Shown here: piece after piece, positions 20,242 to 31,979 of the stretch | Numbering within the stretch: the first letter of the stretch is position 1 | How the letters are laid out: every line of letters starts with the position of its first letter | NCBI GenBank assembly: GCA_051942245.1 | Contig: JAVECL010000149.1 | Coordinates: 1 to 42,654, forward strand | DNA: 42,654 nt | Origin: Trypethelium eluteriae | Taxonomy: Eukaryota | Direction of reading: 5' to 3' | The notes under the pieces: generated by a model | Told to the model about the DNA's origin: nothing | The model's input: the letters and a program-made list of their open reading frames with translations, nothing else | Database searches by the model: none | Made by a program: the position numbers and the translations under genes

Positions 20242-23200
20242 CTACTCGATTCCCATGACGCTAAATTCTTGCTCAAGCCCGTGCATTTGCTCGACGCCCT
20301 CTGCTGCCTGATGATGCTGCCCATCTACAGGCGCGCCGCATTCTGGGCACCGAGTATTCTCCATGGGTCTACCACATTCCCCAATGGCGAATGGATGCCC
20401 ATTCAGGCAACGGTACCAGTGACCTGTTGTGCTGAACTCCTGACTCGTGGCAGACACGACAGCCCTCCACTCTTCATTCTGAACAACACTGTAGAAAATC
20501 CCTTCATTCAGGGCACGCTTGACCTCCTCGAGCTCTACAAGAACACCTTGGATGTAACCAGCATCAGAGTTATCCGGGAGAGCTTCAGCCGTCTTGATGT
20601 GCTCCAGTGCCCTCTCTTTCAGGTCGCCCGTTTCCTCACCTCTGACCATGCGCTCGATAGCCACGAAGCTCGCAAAGAAGAAATGCCCCTCCATCTGACG
20701 CAATATGTCCCCAGCTGATTCCGCGGTCTCAATCATGACAAGAGAATCCCGTCGATTACGTACCAGGTTTATCGATAGCTCGCCTTGCATCTCACCAGAT
20801 GCTAGTTGCTGCTGTTGTTTCACAAAATCGGATAGAAGGGTGATATCGCAGCGGAAAAGAAGTGCTGTTGCGCGGAGTTCTGAGGTCGTATGCAGAACAC
20901 TGCTGCTGAATTTGAAGGACCCTTGAGCTGTGCTGTGGAGCCGTCGCGCAGTCTGCACCATGTCCCATACCCTCCGAAACGGCTGCTCCTGAACTCGAAC
21001 GCTGTCCAAGTGTTTTTGAACGGTCCGTCGAAGCGTCAGCGTAGGCTTGTATCTGGTTGACTTGCGAGACTTCTTAGCGATCGTCTGGGCCTGATAGGCA
21101 GGGGATCCCTCGAGTTTGACTTTCTCTGTCCTTGCCAGAACAAATGTCTGCTGTTGCTCCGCTGTGGTGCTTTGCAGCTCGCCCTGTATATCAAGTAGCC
21201 TTTTCGCGAGAGGCACGTAGTCGCGGCTCGCTGCGATTATGAATTTCTTTGTTGCTTCATCGAGTAGTGCCCTCCGTACGATTCGCCCGTATCTCGAGAC
21301 GTTGCGCAATGAACTACGACACTGAGGACAAGATTTGACTCCAAGATTACTGTCCGAAAGTGGTTCAGACTCCCCTCTCAAACCATTTGGCGACCCATCA
21401 GCGGCCATGGTATAGTGGCGGGCCATGTCCATCTGCCCATCCATGTTGGAAACTGTGATAAAATGGCCACATTGTGGAAAAATGACAGGGTCTTGAGCAG
21501 GATCAATATCGTTATACGTCTTACCTTCAATATAATCGACCTGAGTCTCCCGAATATCATCGGATGCACAGACATGGCAATATTTGGCGTCCGGGCATTG
21601 TTCGCCGCATACTGATGGGCCTACGAGATAATTAGTATGCGTGTCGGCTATTTCAAGGACCAAACCTACATGGATGCCCACAATTCAAACTCTTCTCGCA
21701 CCTCTTCGAGCACGGAATCCAGTCACAGGGCGCGGCGCAAGGCATTGTGCATGCGCTGTGTGGCCATCGTGAGAGGCAGGATGACTCGGCACAAGGAGCA
21801 CAAGAATCGCTGCATTTCTTGGCACATAATGAGTGAGCGCATCTTACTTCGCAGGGCTGTTGACAGGGGGGACAGTCTTTGCCGTGACAAAAGTCCGTAC
21901 AGCGATGACTACAGGTCGTATAGGCCCGATCACAGATTGCTTGACATACACCATGGTCAAGCTTAACTACACCCTCGAATCTCTTGAGGCATTGCCGACA
22001 TCGTCTTCGACATGGATGTCCGCATGGTAGTATGGCATTGCACACAGCGTCGCAGGCGAAATCACGACTCTCGACATCGCTGTCGCAGCTGAGGATTACC
22101 TTGTGTCCGCAAAAAGGCACCGTTTTCAAAACCTCTTCTTTGCATGCTATCTTCGATGGGTCTTGCACTTGCCAGCAGGGCAGTTTCGTGATAACATGGC
22201 CGCAGGTTAGAATAATATTGAGCTTCTCAAGCTCGACCATACATTTCTCTTCACACGGCTCCCCGCATCGCCTTGGGCAACCATGATCACAGCCGTTCAT
22301 AGACCTCGTACAAGGCTCCAAACATACGACGGCATTGTGAAGCGTCTCGGAATGGCACTTCATGAGGCATTTGTGCCCACAAGTAAGCCTTTTGGCACAC
22401 ATTTCGGTGCAACCACCTTCGGGTGCAAGTCGAAGAAAGTCATCCGGAATTGATACGTTCATCAGTGTTTCAGGATGTCTTGAACATTGTAGCTCAAGTT
22501 CAGGGCCCACATTTCGGCTCTCTCTAAGCATTCGTAACATATCGTTCCACATTTGCACACCTTCGTAAGTGAGAGAATTGCCGATAATGTACATCCCATG
22601 CTTAGCCCGTGACAGGAGTACATTGATACGATTGCTTGTCTTCAAGAATCCGCATCGATTTTGGGCATTGCTCCGGACCAGGGAAATTACGACAACTTTC
22701 GCTTCTTCGCCCTGAAAGTTGTCAACTGTGGCGATGCGGACGGCGTTGAGCAAAGTCGTCCTGGCCGTCTCCGAACGCTGCTGTACGAGAGGTTCTTCCA
22801 GGCCGGGAGCATCCAAATCTTGTGCATCACGATCGTTCACCACTATCTCGCAACGGCACATCAAGCTTTGACGAAGCTTGTGTAATTGTCCCAAGTATGG
22901 AGTGAGTACTGCGATATCGTTGGGTTGATAAACCGATTGCCGGGTGAGATGCGATACCAACGCAGTCACCATTTCGACCTCGAAATCATTACTGTGTGAA
23001 CTTGTGCTCTTTTCGTCCTCTCCAGACTCTAGATGGGAGTGATCAAGCCAATATAGCCTCTTTCTGATGCCTGGGACTTCTGGATAATCAACAACAGTTT
23101 CGGCATCCTCCAGTTGAGGGTACAGGGTCTCGCGAATGAGGTGAGATATGCCAGGATGCATACGCCGTTGTGTCTGTAGTACACTATACGGAAGTCCTGG

Positions 23201-26200
23201 CCAACTCTCTTGTGGTTGGATAAGGCGCTCGAAGAGTGACAGGTCGAGGCTATATTTCTCGCCTTCATAGTTCTCGCGAGATAGCTCATAATTTTGTATC
23301 TGGGGCCGTAATTGTTGGGGATCGCCAATGAAGATGGCCTGCTCTATCGACGGCAATAGAGCGGTGAACAGGTGTGCTTCCAGAACCTCATCAGCTTCTT
23401 CGCAAATTAATACTTTCGAACGCAACCTTCGAAACAACGAAACGTTTTTGGCAAGTCCTGTCGTAGTCAATCCAATGATTTTCGCCTGTTTAAGACAACG
23501 CAGTTTCAAGTCGTCTTGTACGTGTTCATGCTCCTTGCTTGTAACACGATAATCCAATAGACTTGTGGTGAGTTGATCGCGAAGGTCATCGACAATTCCA
23601 GACGTCCAGTATCGATACAAAATATCCCGCTCTGTCATGCTCATATCATGCACATCCGCAGTGAGGAGCTCAGCAAGTGGACGAGTCACGCCTGCAGACT
23701 CGCCAAGGTCAGTTGTTTTCGGATGACGGGCGTGCAGCCAATCATCGATAGCATTTTCTTTGCGGTATACAAAGGTGAACCCCTCTTCATCCTCATCAGA
23801 AAAGAGCTGCCGATACTGATTTGGGTAATTGACTTTAAGGTACTCTTCAATGCTGATTACTGAACCTGCCCGTCCGAGCTCCTCAAGAAGACTTTGAATG
23901 TATTCTGTGTCTCGTGTTAGCTTTTTGGCAAGTTCGGCCCTTATTCCCCTTTCCATTTGTGTCCGATCCACCATTTTCATTACCGTCCAGAGATTCAGGG
24001 GCTGTAGGAGTTCTGATTTTGACTGTGAACCAATGCGTATGATCTGTTCAATACCATGGGCAAGCAATTGCTCCAAGAGCTGATCCAATGCATGATTCGT
24101 GTAGCAAACACATATTACCGGCCCGATGTCGCCGCTCTTCGCATTCTCAAGCAAGACTTTAATGAGCGCAACACCGGTGAAGCCCTTTCCAGTCCCAGGA
24201 GGTCCTTGAATTAATGCAACACTACGGGTGAGTGCGTCAACTACTGCGGACGCCTGAGCATAGTCCAGGGAGGTACTCTGACGGAAACGGTCTAGATCAA
24301 ATTGCTCGCGAATCGCAAGTGTCATGGCGTTATCCTCGTTCATAAGGCAACTCAAGTCAAAGCGAAAGTTCCGATCCGTCGTATAAATAGGGGGAGGTAT
24401 GCGGATTTGGTTATGATTAAATGCCGATGACGGCGCCAGCATATCCGCAAATGGTAGGTCCAAAGTTGCAGACATTGTTTGAAGTGCCTCTAAAGTTGGT
24501 CGAAAAGCCGGCAGCAAGACACCAGGAATTCAATCAGTGAGTTTTTGGCCTGAGGGATTTGAGCTTGGGATAAACCAAGCAATTGGCGGATATTATGTTC
24601 GTCAGTCTCAACAAGGCGAAGCACGGCATGCGCTCGATCCCGCTGCCCGCGAAAGTTGAGATTTACACCACTTCCACTGTGGCTTTCTCCCTGTTCATGC
24701 GCAAGCAAACGCTGCAGGCTCTTGCTAGTAGATTCATCGCCCTCGACACGCTCGGAGCCTTCTCCGAATGTTGTTTGCTTCTCCAATTCGAAGAATCCCA
24801 CGACTGTACAAAAGATTACAGCCTCTTCGGAGTTTAGAATGCATACGAGAGATTCAGCTTGCAATCTTTTCGAGGTCTCCCACCATTCTTGGCGTTCTCG
24901 ATCAGCCTTCTCGTTGAGCTTGTGCAGAGCAGCCGGTTGGTCGAAACTGACAAGAAACCGTAGTCCTTTCCTTTGGTCCATTTCGATCGTACTGGATCGC
25001 AAGTTCTGGTAAGCGTACGTTCGAATGGCCTGTCTTATCTCTTTTGTATCCGAGGAGTTATGCAGTTCCAGTCTAATGGCATTCCTAAGTTGACCTACAG
25101 TGTCCTCACGTAAGAGGCGGAAATGACGATCGAGAAGGCCCTCTATCCCACCAAGGTGGAGCTGAGCCGGATCCATTAATGGAAGATATTCCTGACGGTG
25201 AGAACGGATCTCGTCGCCCGTCGGCAAGATGCGTATTTTCGATATGTCCTCGAAGTCATTGTCGTGGCGACATCCACCCTTGGATAGCCACCCTGGGCCG
25301 TCAATGTTGACCTGAAAGGAAGGCATCTTTCCGCGTCTACTAACCAGTGGACCGGCGACGGCCATGTCCTGGCCAAGACCCAGGCGTTGCTCAATTCTCA
25401 ATAGCTGTTGGCGGGTGCGGAGTACCCGGAAATGTTCCTGTTTGTCTTCTCCGATGTTGCCCAAGATTCTAGCCAGTGTTTCGACCACTCGATGGAATTC
25501 TTCGTTCAGCCCTGCCGTGCCGTTTGTGTCGATCAGTTTGGCGAGAACTGCGATAGCAGCTCCCAGACAGGTGGCGAAGTTAGGCTGAAGTTTCTCAAGG
25601 ACCTGGTCCGGTAACGCGCTGTCACTCATGTACTTGAACATGCGTGCGAGATGTTCATATAGTCCTAAGGCGCAATTGCCACCGTGCCCAAACAGATAGT
25701 TGTAGATCGTGCCAACATGCTTTTCCAGCACATGCGAGGCAAGGACGTCGGGGGATGTAATGGTCTGGAAGAAAGGCAGGAAATCACTACTAAAGACTGT
25801 AGCCAATTGCTCTTCCGAGCAACTTTCTAGTTGAACCTCAACGAGTTCTTTGATCCTCGCAAGTCCGCCCTCAGAAGACAGAGCTTCAACAACTTTTTGC
25901 ATAATTGCAGGCTCGGCGTAGATCAGACGAAATCCCTGCTGAAAGAAGTGCGATATCTTGTTACCAAGTGGCCGGACGTTCTTATTGCTGGATGGAAGTA
26001 ATGAGCGCCATGCACGAAGCTCACTTTGGAGAGAAGACGCCTGAGAGATGGTCTCTGCCTTCATATCGTCCTGTTCTTTCTGCTGGTGAGAGAACTTGCA
26101 CTTCTCTCCATACGTACAAGAGCCTCGTAAGAAATGTCTACAGATCGGCTGGTGTTGCTGGAACTCCTCGATCCTAACTTCATGCGAGAAAGTACATGAA

Positions 26201-26268
26201 TCGCCTTTAGCACAACCGCCAGGCTGAGAAAAGAAATGGCATGGACGCCGCCGAAATTGTTGAGCCAT
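20242..26268 (-). pseudogene. ZNFX1: ZNFX1-like protein (~1990 aa reconstructed): 2 CCCH fingers, Upf1-like SF1 helicase, NF-X1 zinc fingers, RING-like region and RZ finger; one 1-nt frameshift near 24525; intron 21669-21621
   Basis: CCCH fingers CHFFSQPGGCAKGDSCTFSH and CRHFLRGSCTYGEKCKFSH; RHDNDFEDI..LLREDTVGQLR; helicase motifs QGPPGTGK, CYTNHALDQ, EEADEVLE, IGDPQQLRP, QRRMHP, TVDNFQGEE, NRINVLLSRAKHG; CGH.C repeats; C-terminal GHWYRCLNGHPFAIGECG..CPECG. It would be an intact CDS if the frameshift is an assembly error. Confidence 0.88.
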
Positions 26269-26399
26269 ACTACAGCACGAGAAGGCAAGTAACGAAATAA
26301 ATCTGAGGGCCTTCTCGGATGGACAGAGTGAGAGCAATATACTTGAGCTTCTTTGAATTGGACTGCCGGTCGTGCCGGTGAATGATGAAAGCAGAAGAA

Positions 26400-28696
26400 A
26401 TCTTGGCAAAATACATAGTTTCAATGTTGAAAGCAAGGAACCGAGAGGAAAGCCAAACAGCCAAATATGGTGACACCAGAAGAGAAGCATTATCCATGGC
26501 ACATCCGTTTGCATGTACAGATTCTGCGGGCAGAGACGCGCCTCCCTCCGTTCAGAAACGGGGTATCGGCACCATTGAGCAGCGTGATAACAACATCGCC
26601 GTTACCTACATGATGTATTGCGGTAGAGCATATCTCAACCAAGTCACTGGGTCCGGCTTCGCGTCTCCGAAGTGCTCTGTTTGTTGCTGAAGGATCTTTA
26701 TGCAGATCAGCGGGCCTCGTTGCGCGATGCAGCGAAAGCCTTTGGACACAGAGCTTGAGACCTGAGACTCTGGCATGATATCCATACCGCTCAGGAGCAC
26801 CGAGATGACTCGTTGGAGTAGGGGCATGTATTTGCGTTGGAGTGGCCATATCCTTACGCTTAGTCGTAACCGATACGGCGTCCGACCCAATGAAAGATCC
26901 TGTTTGAATGTTGCATGACTAAGCAAAAGCTTAGCGTGGTCATGGCGTGCATGGGCCTTGGCACAGCACAACATCTTAGTGTGATATCACACAAAGAGCT
27001 GAAAATCGCTACTTAAGAGGAAATATGGAGGAATTTCGAGTATTTCTCTCAAGTTTGATCCCCCACGATCTTTGAACAAATCGCTTTGGTAGGTCCAGAC
27101 AGCTCCATTAAAGGATACTGTATTCAAGACACCGGCCGCAGGAATACGCAGTACTCTTTGCTGTACGAAGGGCACATTCTAAGCCTTAATTAGCTAGACA
27201 GACAAGACTGAGCTGAGCTTCCACATGACTGGATCTGATTCTTTGGACTCTAAACGTCCCACTGTCGGCTGCCATGCCTTTGCATTTGATGCAGAGGACG
27301 AGTTTAACCCCAAAACAACGGCAGCGAGAATGTTATCACTCGTGATGCTGCGATGATTGGAGGTAACTCATTCGGCACTTATGGCCCCATTAATCTACGC
27401 GAAGTGGACATAGCATCATCTTAATTGAAAAAGAACCTGTGCTTGATGACTGCACCTACACCTGTACTGCTGTGGTTTCTGAAGATCTGCCGCTACCTTT
27501 TATGACTTTGTCATCAAGTACTGGGGGTTTTGGTAAGAGAGAAAGTCTTGATGAGCCACATACTGATCAGTCCCAAAGATGGCGTTTGCCAGTGGCTCAG
27601 AGACAGCTCAAAAGGATAATTGGGATAGCAATCTCACGAAAGGAAAGGCCTGAGATAGGGAAGGAAGATAGGTAAATGGATAGGATTGCAGGAAACAGCC
27701 GCAATTACTTTCAGCTAGACCCCTCATCCATCTCAATTAGCCGAGGCTTTCCCCCGTTGCTGCTTTGTTGCCGCATCCTAAGGCATTAGAGAAGAGCTAG
27801 TTCGGCCTCGCAGATCATGTATTTCGCCGCAACGAACTTTCTCAGCCTTACTCAGGGTCGAAATAAGTTTTAATTCTGGATGTCAAGAACATGGAAAAAG
27901 GAAAAGAAGGGATATTAAAAAGTAATACTAACAGTTGAGCCGGTGAGTGACGAAGTCAGACACTCCATTTGGTTCGCCTGGAGCATCTTGTAACGGCTGG
28001 AGAGGCGTAAATTAGGACGCAGCTCACTCAAGTGTGTCAGATCCATACGCAAGCCTTCTTCTATGTGGGTTTTCCTGGGTAGCCTTTGATTGAACATCTA
28101 ACGCAAAGTCCTACCCCTACATGAGCACTTTTGCAAGCATTAAATCTTCCTCAATTGTCAGATCATGTTTAGATCTAGGCACACTCTGTCGAGACTAGTC
28201 CTCGTCATCTATGTACCTGCATATGAACAAGCTGGGCTTGACGTGCGGATACAGCGTATCTGTAGATGACGCCGCAAGTTTTGAACGTAGTTCAGGCTGG
28301 AGCGGAGGATAATCATGGTCGTGCAAAAGCTGCTTGATGGTCTCATATGAGGCGAAGAACAAGGCGAAGGCGTATTTGCACCGGCAATTATTCTTCGGTA
28401 AGGCTCGGAGGAAGGTAATTTCCATGTTACATACGCTTTAAGCGAGTTTGGCATTGCGCAAGGGGGTGAAATCAAGTATACATAGATGAAGTGAATCAAG
28501 GCCTTCGTAGTTAAAATCCTCCAGCATCAAATTGACGATGAAAACTCTCAGCCTCCTCCAGAATTTCTAGCCCACCGTAATTAAACCTATAAGACCAATC
28601 GAGCCCTAAGCCATTTTCCTGAACAACACTCCTTCTACGTAGCTCAATGATTACATGTAATGCAAGCTTAGGGTCGAGTGTATTGTAGTAAGACAT
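26400..28696 (-). pseudogene. Heavily degraded gene relic, possibly F-box/ankyrin-like
   Basis: A chain of short, protein-like minus-strand ORF pieces (MSYYNTLDPKLALHVI; AFALFFASYETIKQLLHDH; CIAQRGPLICIKILQQ) broken by stops and frameshifts. The family call is only a loose resemblance. Confidence 0.3.
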
Positions 28697-28915
28697 ATTC
28701 TATCGGATCAATGGATTCATCGCGGATGATGTCGCATTCACCGTGTAGAGACGTTCAATTGAAGCGAACTAATTGATGATAGCAAAAATAAAGCGGCTTC
28801 AGTAGCAGCGTCGGAAAGGCACGTATCCCATTTCTCCAATCCTCGTAATGATCGCCACCATTCTCTCCATCAACCTGCTGGCATTGGCTTTGGAAGATAG
28901 CCATTAAGTTCCTTG

Positions 28916-30309
28916 TTAGAGCTTGAGAGCAAATCGCTTAAGATATTCATAATCTGCGACATTGCTGTCGACGGTATCGCGAATTACTTTCGCACCCTCA
29001 TAGCCATAACGAGCCTTCCAATCCTCGAATTGCTCGTCATTGCTCTTAACATTCTTTTTCTTTAAGATAGAGTTAGAATTTGTGCATCATCGAGAATGTT
29101 AAAGGCTTTTAGTAGCTTACATATAGTCTCGGACTGAGTCCTTTGCTGTTCAGTGCGTCATCATGGAAGCCCAGCCATTTCTCAAATGCTTCTTGAGCGA
29201 ACCGCTGATCCTCTTCGTTGTCCCAGTTCAACATCCCTGGGTCGTAACGAATGCCGACTGCTTTGCAGAAGGCCTCAACCATACCTGCAGGGTTATCGAG
29301 GACATCATCAGCATCCAGAACGCAGATTTCGACGGCATTCTTTCCGGAGCCGCCGATGTCGATGGCCCAGTCTCGGTTGCTGGAAGGCCCATCCGCCATT
29401 TTCGGGCCCACTTGTCCAGATTGGCGCAAATAATCGAACAAACAACGTAGCTCGTGATAGCCTGCTTCAGAGGGCATGAAATTGTAGAAGCCAGTCTTCT
29501 GGTCAAGCGGTGGAACAGTGCATCGGTAATAGCTCGGAATGCTGTAACGAGGGTGCCTAATCAAGAACGCAAAATGAAACTGACGAAGCATTGCATCTGG
29601 CATTATTGATGGGTTTCCTGGTTCAGCCGCAGTAGGAAAAGGGAGTTTAGTCCTCTTTTCTTGGTCGTCTGCTCCGGCCTTCTCAACGCCCGTGGCGGCT
29701 GTAGAAAGAGGGGCGGAGATGGCGAGAGAGTTCCCGTTGGCACCATTTGTTCCAATACCACGTTTGGGATGGAGGAGCGATGGAGCGATAGATGCAGGCT
29801 TGCCATCAGGGGGCAGTAGATATTGAGCCATGTCCTTGATAAACAGACGTTTCCCCTGTGCATGTTTAGTATTCGATAGGTAGGCTTGGCTAGAGCATTG
29901 CGTAGCTGGGCTGAGATGTGCAAAGCCATGGAATTTCATGGAAGAGATCTGAGCTTTTTGATAGTCACAAGCAGACAACTATTGCAGAGTCTTGATCCGC
30001 CGACATGTAAGCACGATACAGGGAACGCAGATTCCGCAGTGATGGTGCACCAGGGAGTCAGACCTCAGCATTTTCTCGATTAATCCTGTCCATTATATCC
30101 TGATATGTCGTCTCCTGAAACCCTGACTGAATTCTAGATTCCGCATCGTTTGCATACCGCTCTACGAGACGTTCAGGCCCAAAATAGTACGCATCACCGA
30201 ATGGTTCGTGGATACATTTCAATTGGTCCCGACAAGTCATGAAAACTCTTTCAAACGCGGTCGAGCACGCCCGAGGATGGGTCGCGCAAAAAATGGGCTT
30301 TTCCGACAT
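28916..30309 (-). CDS. P-loop sulfotransferase-like protein (Sulfotransfer_5-type); exons 30309-30064, 29855-29121, 29059-28916
   Basis: THPRACSTAFERVF..HEPFGDAYYFGPE, E|GKRLFIKDM, FLIRHPRYSIPSYY, VLDADDVLDNP..FCKAVGI..MLNW and final exon VIRDTVDSNVADYEYLK. All exon lengths keep the frame. Confidence 0.88.
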
Positions 30310-31705
30310 CTTCAGCGCCACAACTTCACGCAGATGGTGGGCAAAGTAGAAATGATAAAATGCCACCTAGGACAATGGAAACGATCAAAAGAATTCAAAG
30401 TTGGAAGATCAAGTGAAGCTGAGGAGCTGAAGATAAGGCACGATCACAACACCCCAAACAGGAAGGGGCATACGTTGGGATACTTTAGAGTCGCCCTTAA
30501 CTGCTGATGCTAAGCTGGCTTTGTTGACGGCAGAGATTTCACGCCGCCACGCCGTATACCTGATCTGCTCACACTACGGCGCTTCGCGCCTTCGTGAAAT
30601 CTGGCTTGCCATGCTTGCCAATGGCCAAGGGGCGTGGGGGCGCCGGCGGGAATCCCACGAGGGCAATGATGTCAGAGCAAGCGGGGCATCTCTCAAGGCT
30701 GTCCAACTTCCCCAATCTGTCCTGGTTTCTCTCTGGTAATACAAACAACGCTCTGCATCCAATAAAGAGACAAGCACGACGGAGAGCAAAGACGTGTGTC
30801 ACGGGAGCGTTATGACGTTCACCGTATGCGTCGGCTTTCTGGTGTTCTCGAGCCAAGAAATTGTGCAATGAGACGAGGTGAAACATGAGCCTTTTGTTTC
30901 GCAATACCGGAATGACAGACGAACAGAAAGGAGAAAAATGCGACTTGGTACGTAGACTTTCCCAACTTATTACGTCTTATTCTCTGCAAGTAACTGTATG
31001 AGCTTCCACTGCCTTGACGGTACGCGCCACCTACGTCGTTTTCGGGCTCATTGTTCGAGGACCAAAGGAGCTCGATAGGGATGGATTGGGCAAAGATTAC
31101 TTGGTGGGCGGTCGAGGGTTATATAACTTCCATATCAGGGGGCCCATAGCGGTGCAATAGCCTCATGGAATTGCGCCACTTTTGTCCACTCTGTGCAACC
31201 CTGTCACGTGAGGCGAAGCTTCACAACGCCAGAATCGATTGGAGGGGCCACCGGGGGGTAACCAGCTCCAGCCCAGCGGACTGACATCATGCGACATAAT
31301 TACCAGGACACGCTTGCATGCCTGCAAGAGGCTACAGGGTTAGATAGGACTGCTTCCTTGATCTACCACAAATAGAGTAAGCCAGCAATTTGCGAAATCG
31401 CGAGAATCCCATGCTTGCGACTTTTCTATACCTAGCTACTAAGCAATCCACCGAGTCGAACGACGTCAATCTCTCTCTTCTCCAGTCTTAAGTCCACAAA
31501 CATCTAGGATGCTCTCCTCTTTCTTTGTTAAGCCAAAATGATCATCATCTCGCAAGCACTAAGACTTCCCCGCAATGCCTTCCCGCTGTAACTTGCAGGT
31601 CTCTACCGAGCATGGATTGTGATTGGCCAAGCTCAATGCATTTATGCTTGTTTTGGACATGTCGATTTCTTCGAGATCGCATGCATCTCAAAATCCCATA
31701 GCTCG

Positions 31706-31768
31706 ATGCCTTTCGAGTAATTCTAATGCACCATGCCTTTCGAGTAATTCTAATGCACCATGCCTTTC
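31706..31768. repeat. Perfect 27-bp tandem duplication (2.3 copies)
   Basis: ATGCCTTTCGAGTAATTCTAATGCACC at 31706 and 31733, with a partial copy at 31760. Confidence 0.95.
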
Positions 31769-31979
31769 ATAGTGAGATCATGACTCTAGAATTGCCATGA
31801 TGCGTTCGCGAAAACGTCTTTGACGACTGTGCAAGGGCGCTTAACACGCAAGGCCAGGAGCTGTTCCTCCAGATATATTTTCGTGCGATGCCGCTTCATT
31901 TTTCTGTTTAACTCCATCTTTAATATAATATCAGCGCCATCACCGAGTGCGCGCATCTATCTCCCAACCCTATATCAAC

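Noticed and set aside
24505..24540. Programmed ribosomal frameshift in the ZNFX1-like gene
   Set aside because: No X XXY YYZ slippery site is visible; mutation or assembly error is simpler.
26269..26514. Hydrophobic N-terminal extension of ORF 24490-26514
   Set aside because: Not family-like; the Met at 26268 directly precedes the first CCCH finger and is the likelier start.
1..28900. Starship or other giant element boundaries around the accessory patches
   Set aside because: No DUF3435 tyrosine recombinase or convincing terminal or direct repeats were found by eye within the window.
29856..30063. TPP riboswitch in the long intron
   Set aside because: The conserved CTGAGA and CTGAT..TAAT..CAGCG aptamer motifs are absent.
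31138..31215. tRNA-like start GGGGGCCCATAGC
   Set aside because: No T-loop GTTCRA or cloverleaf follows.
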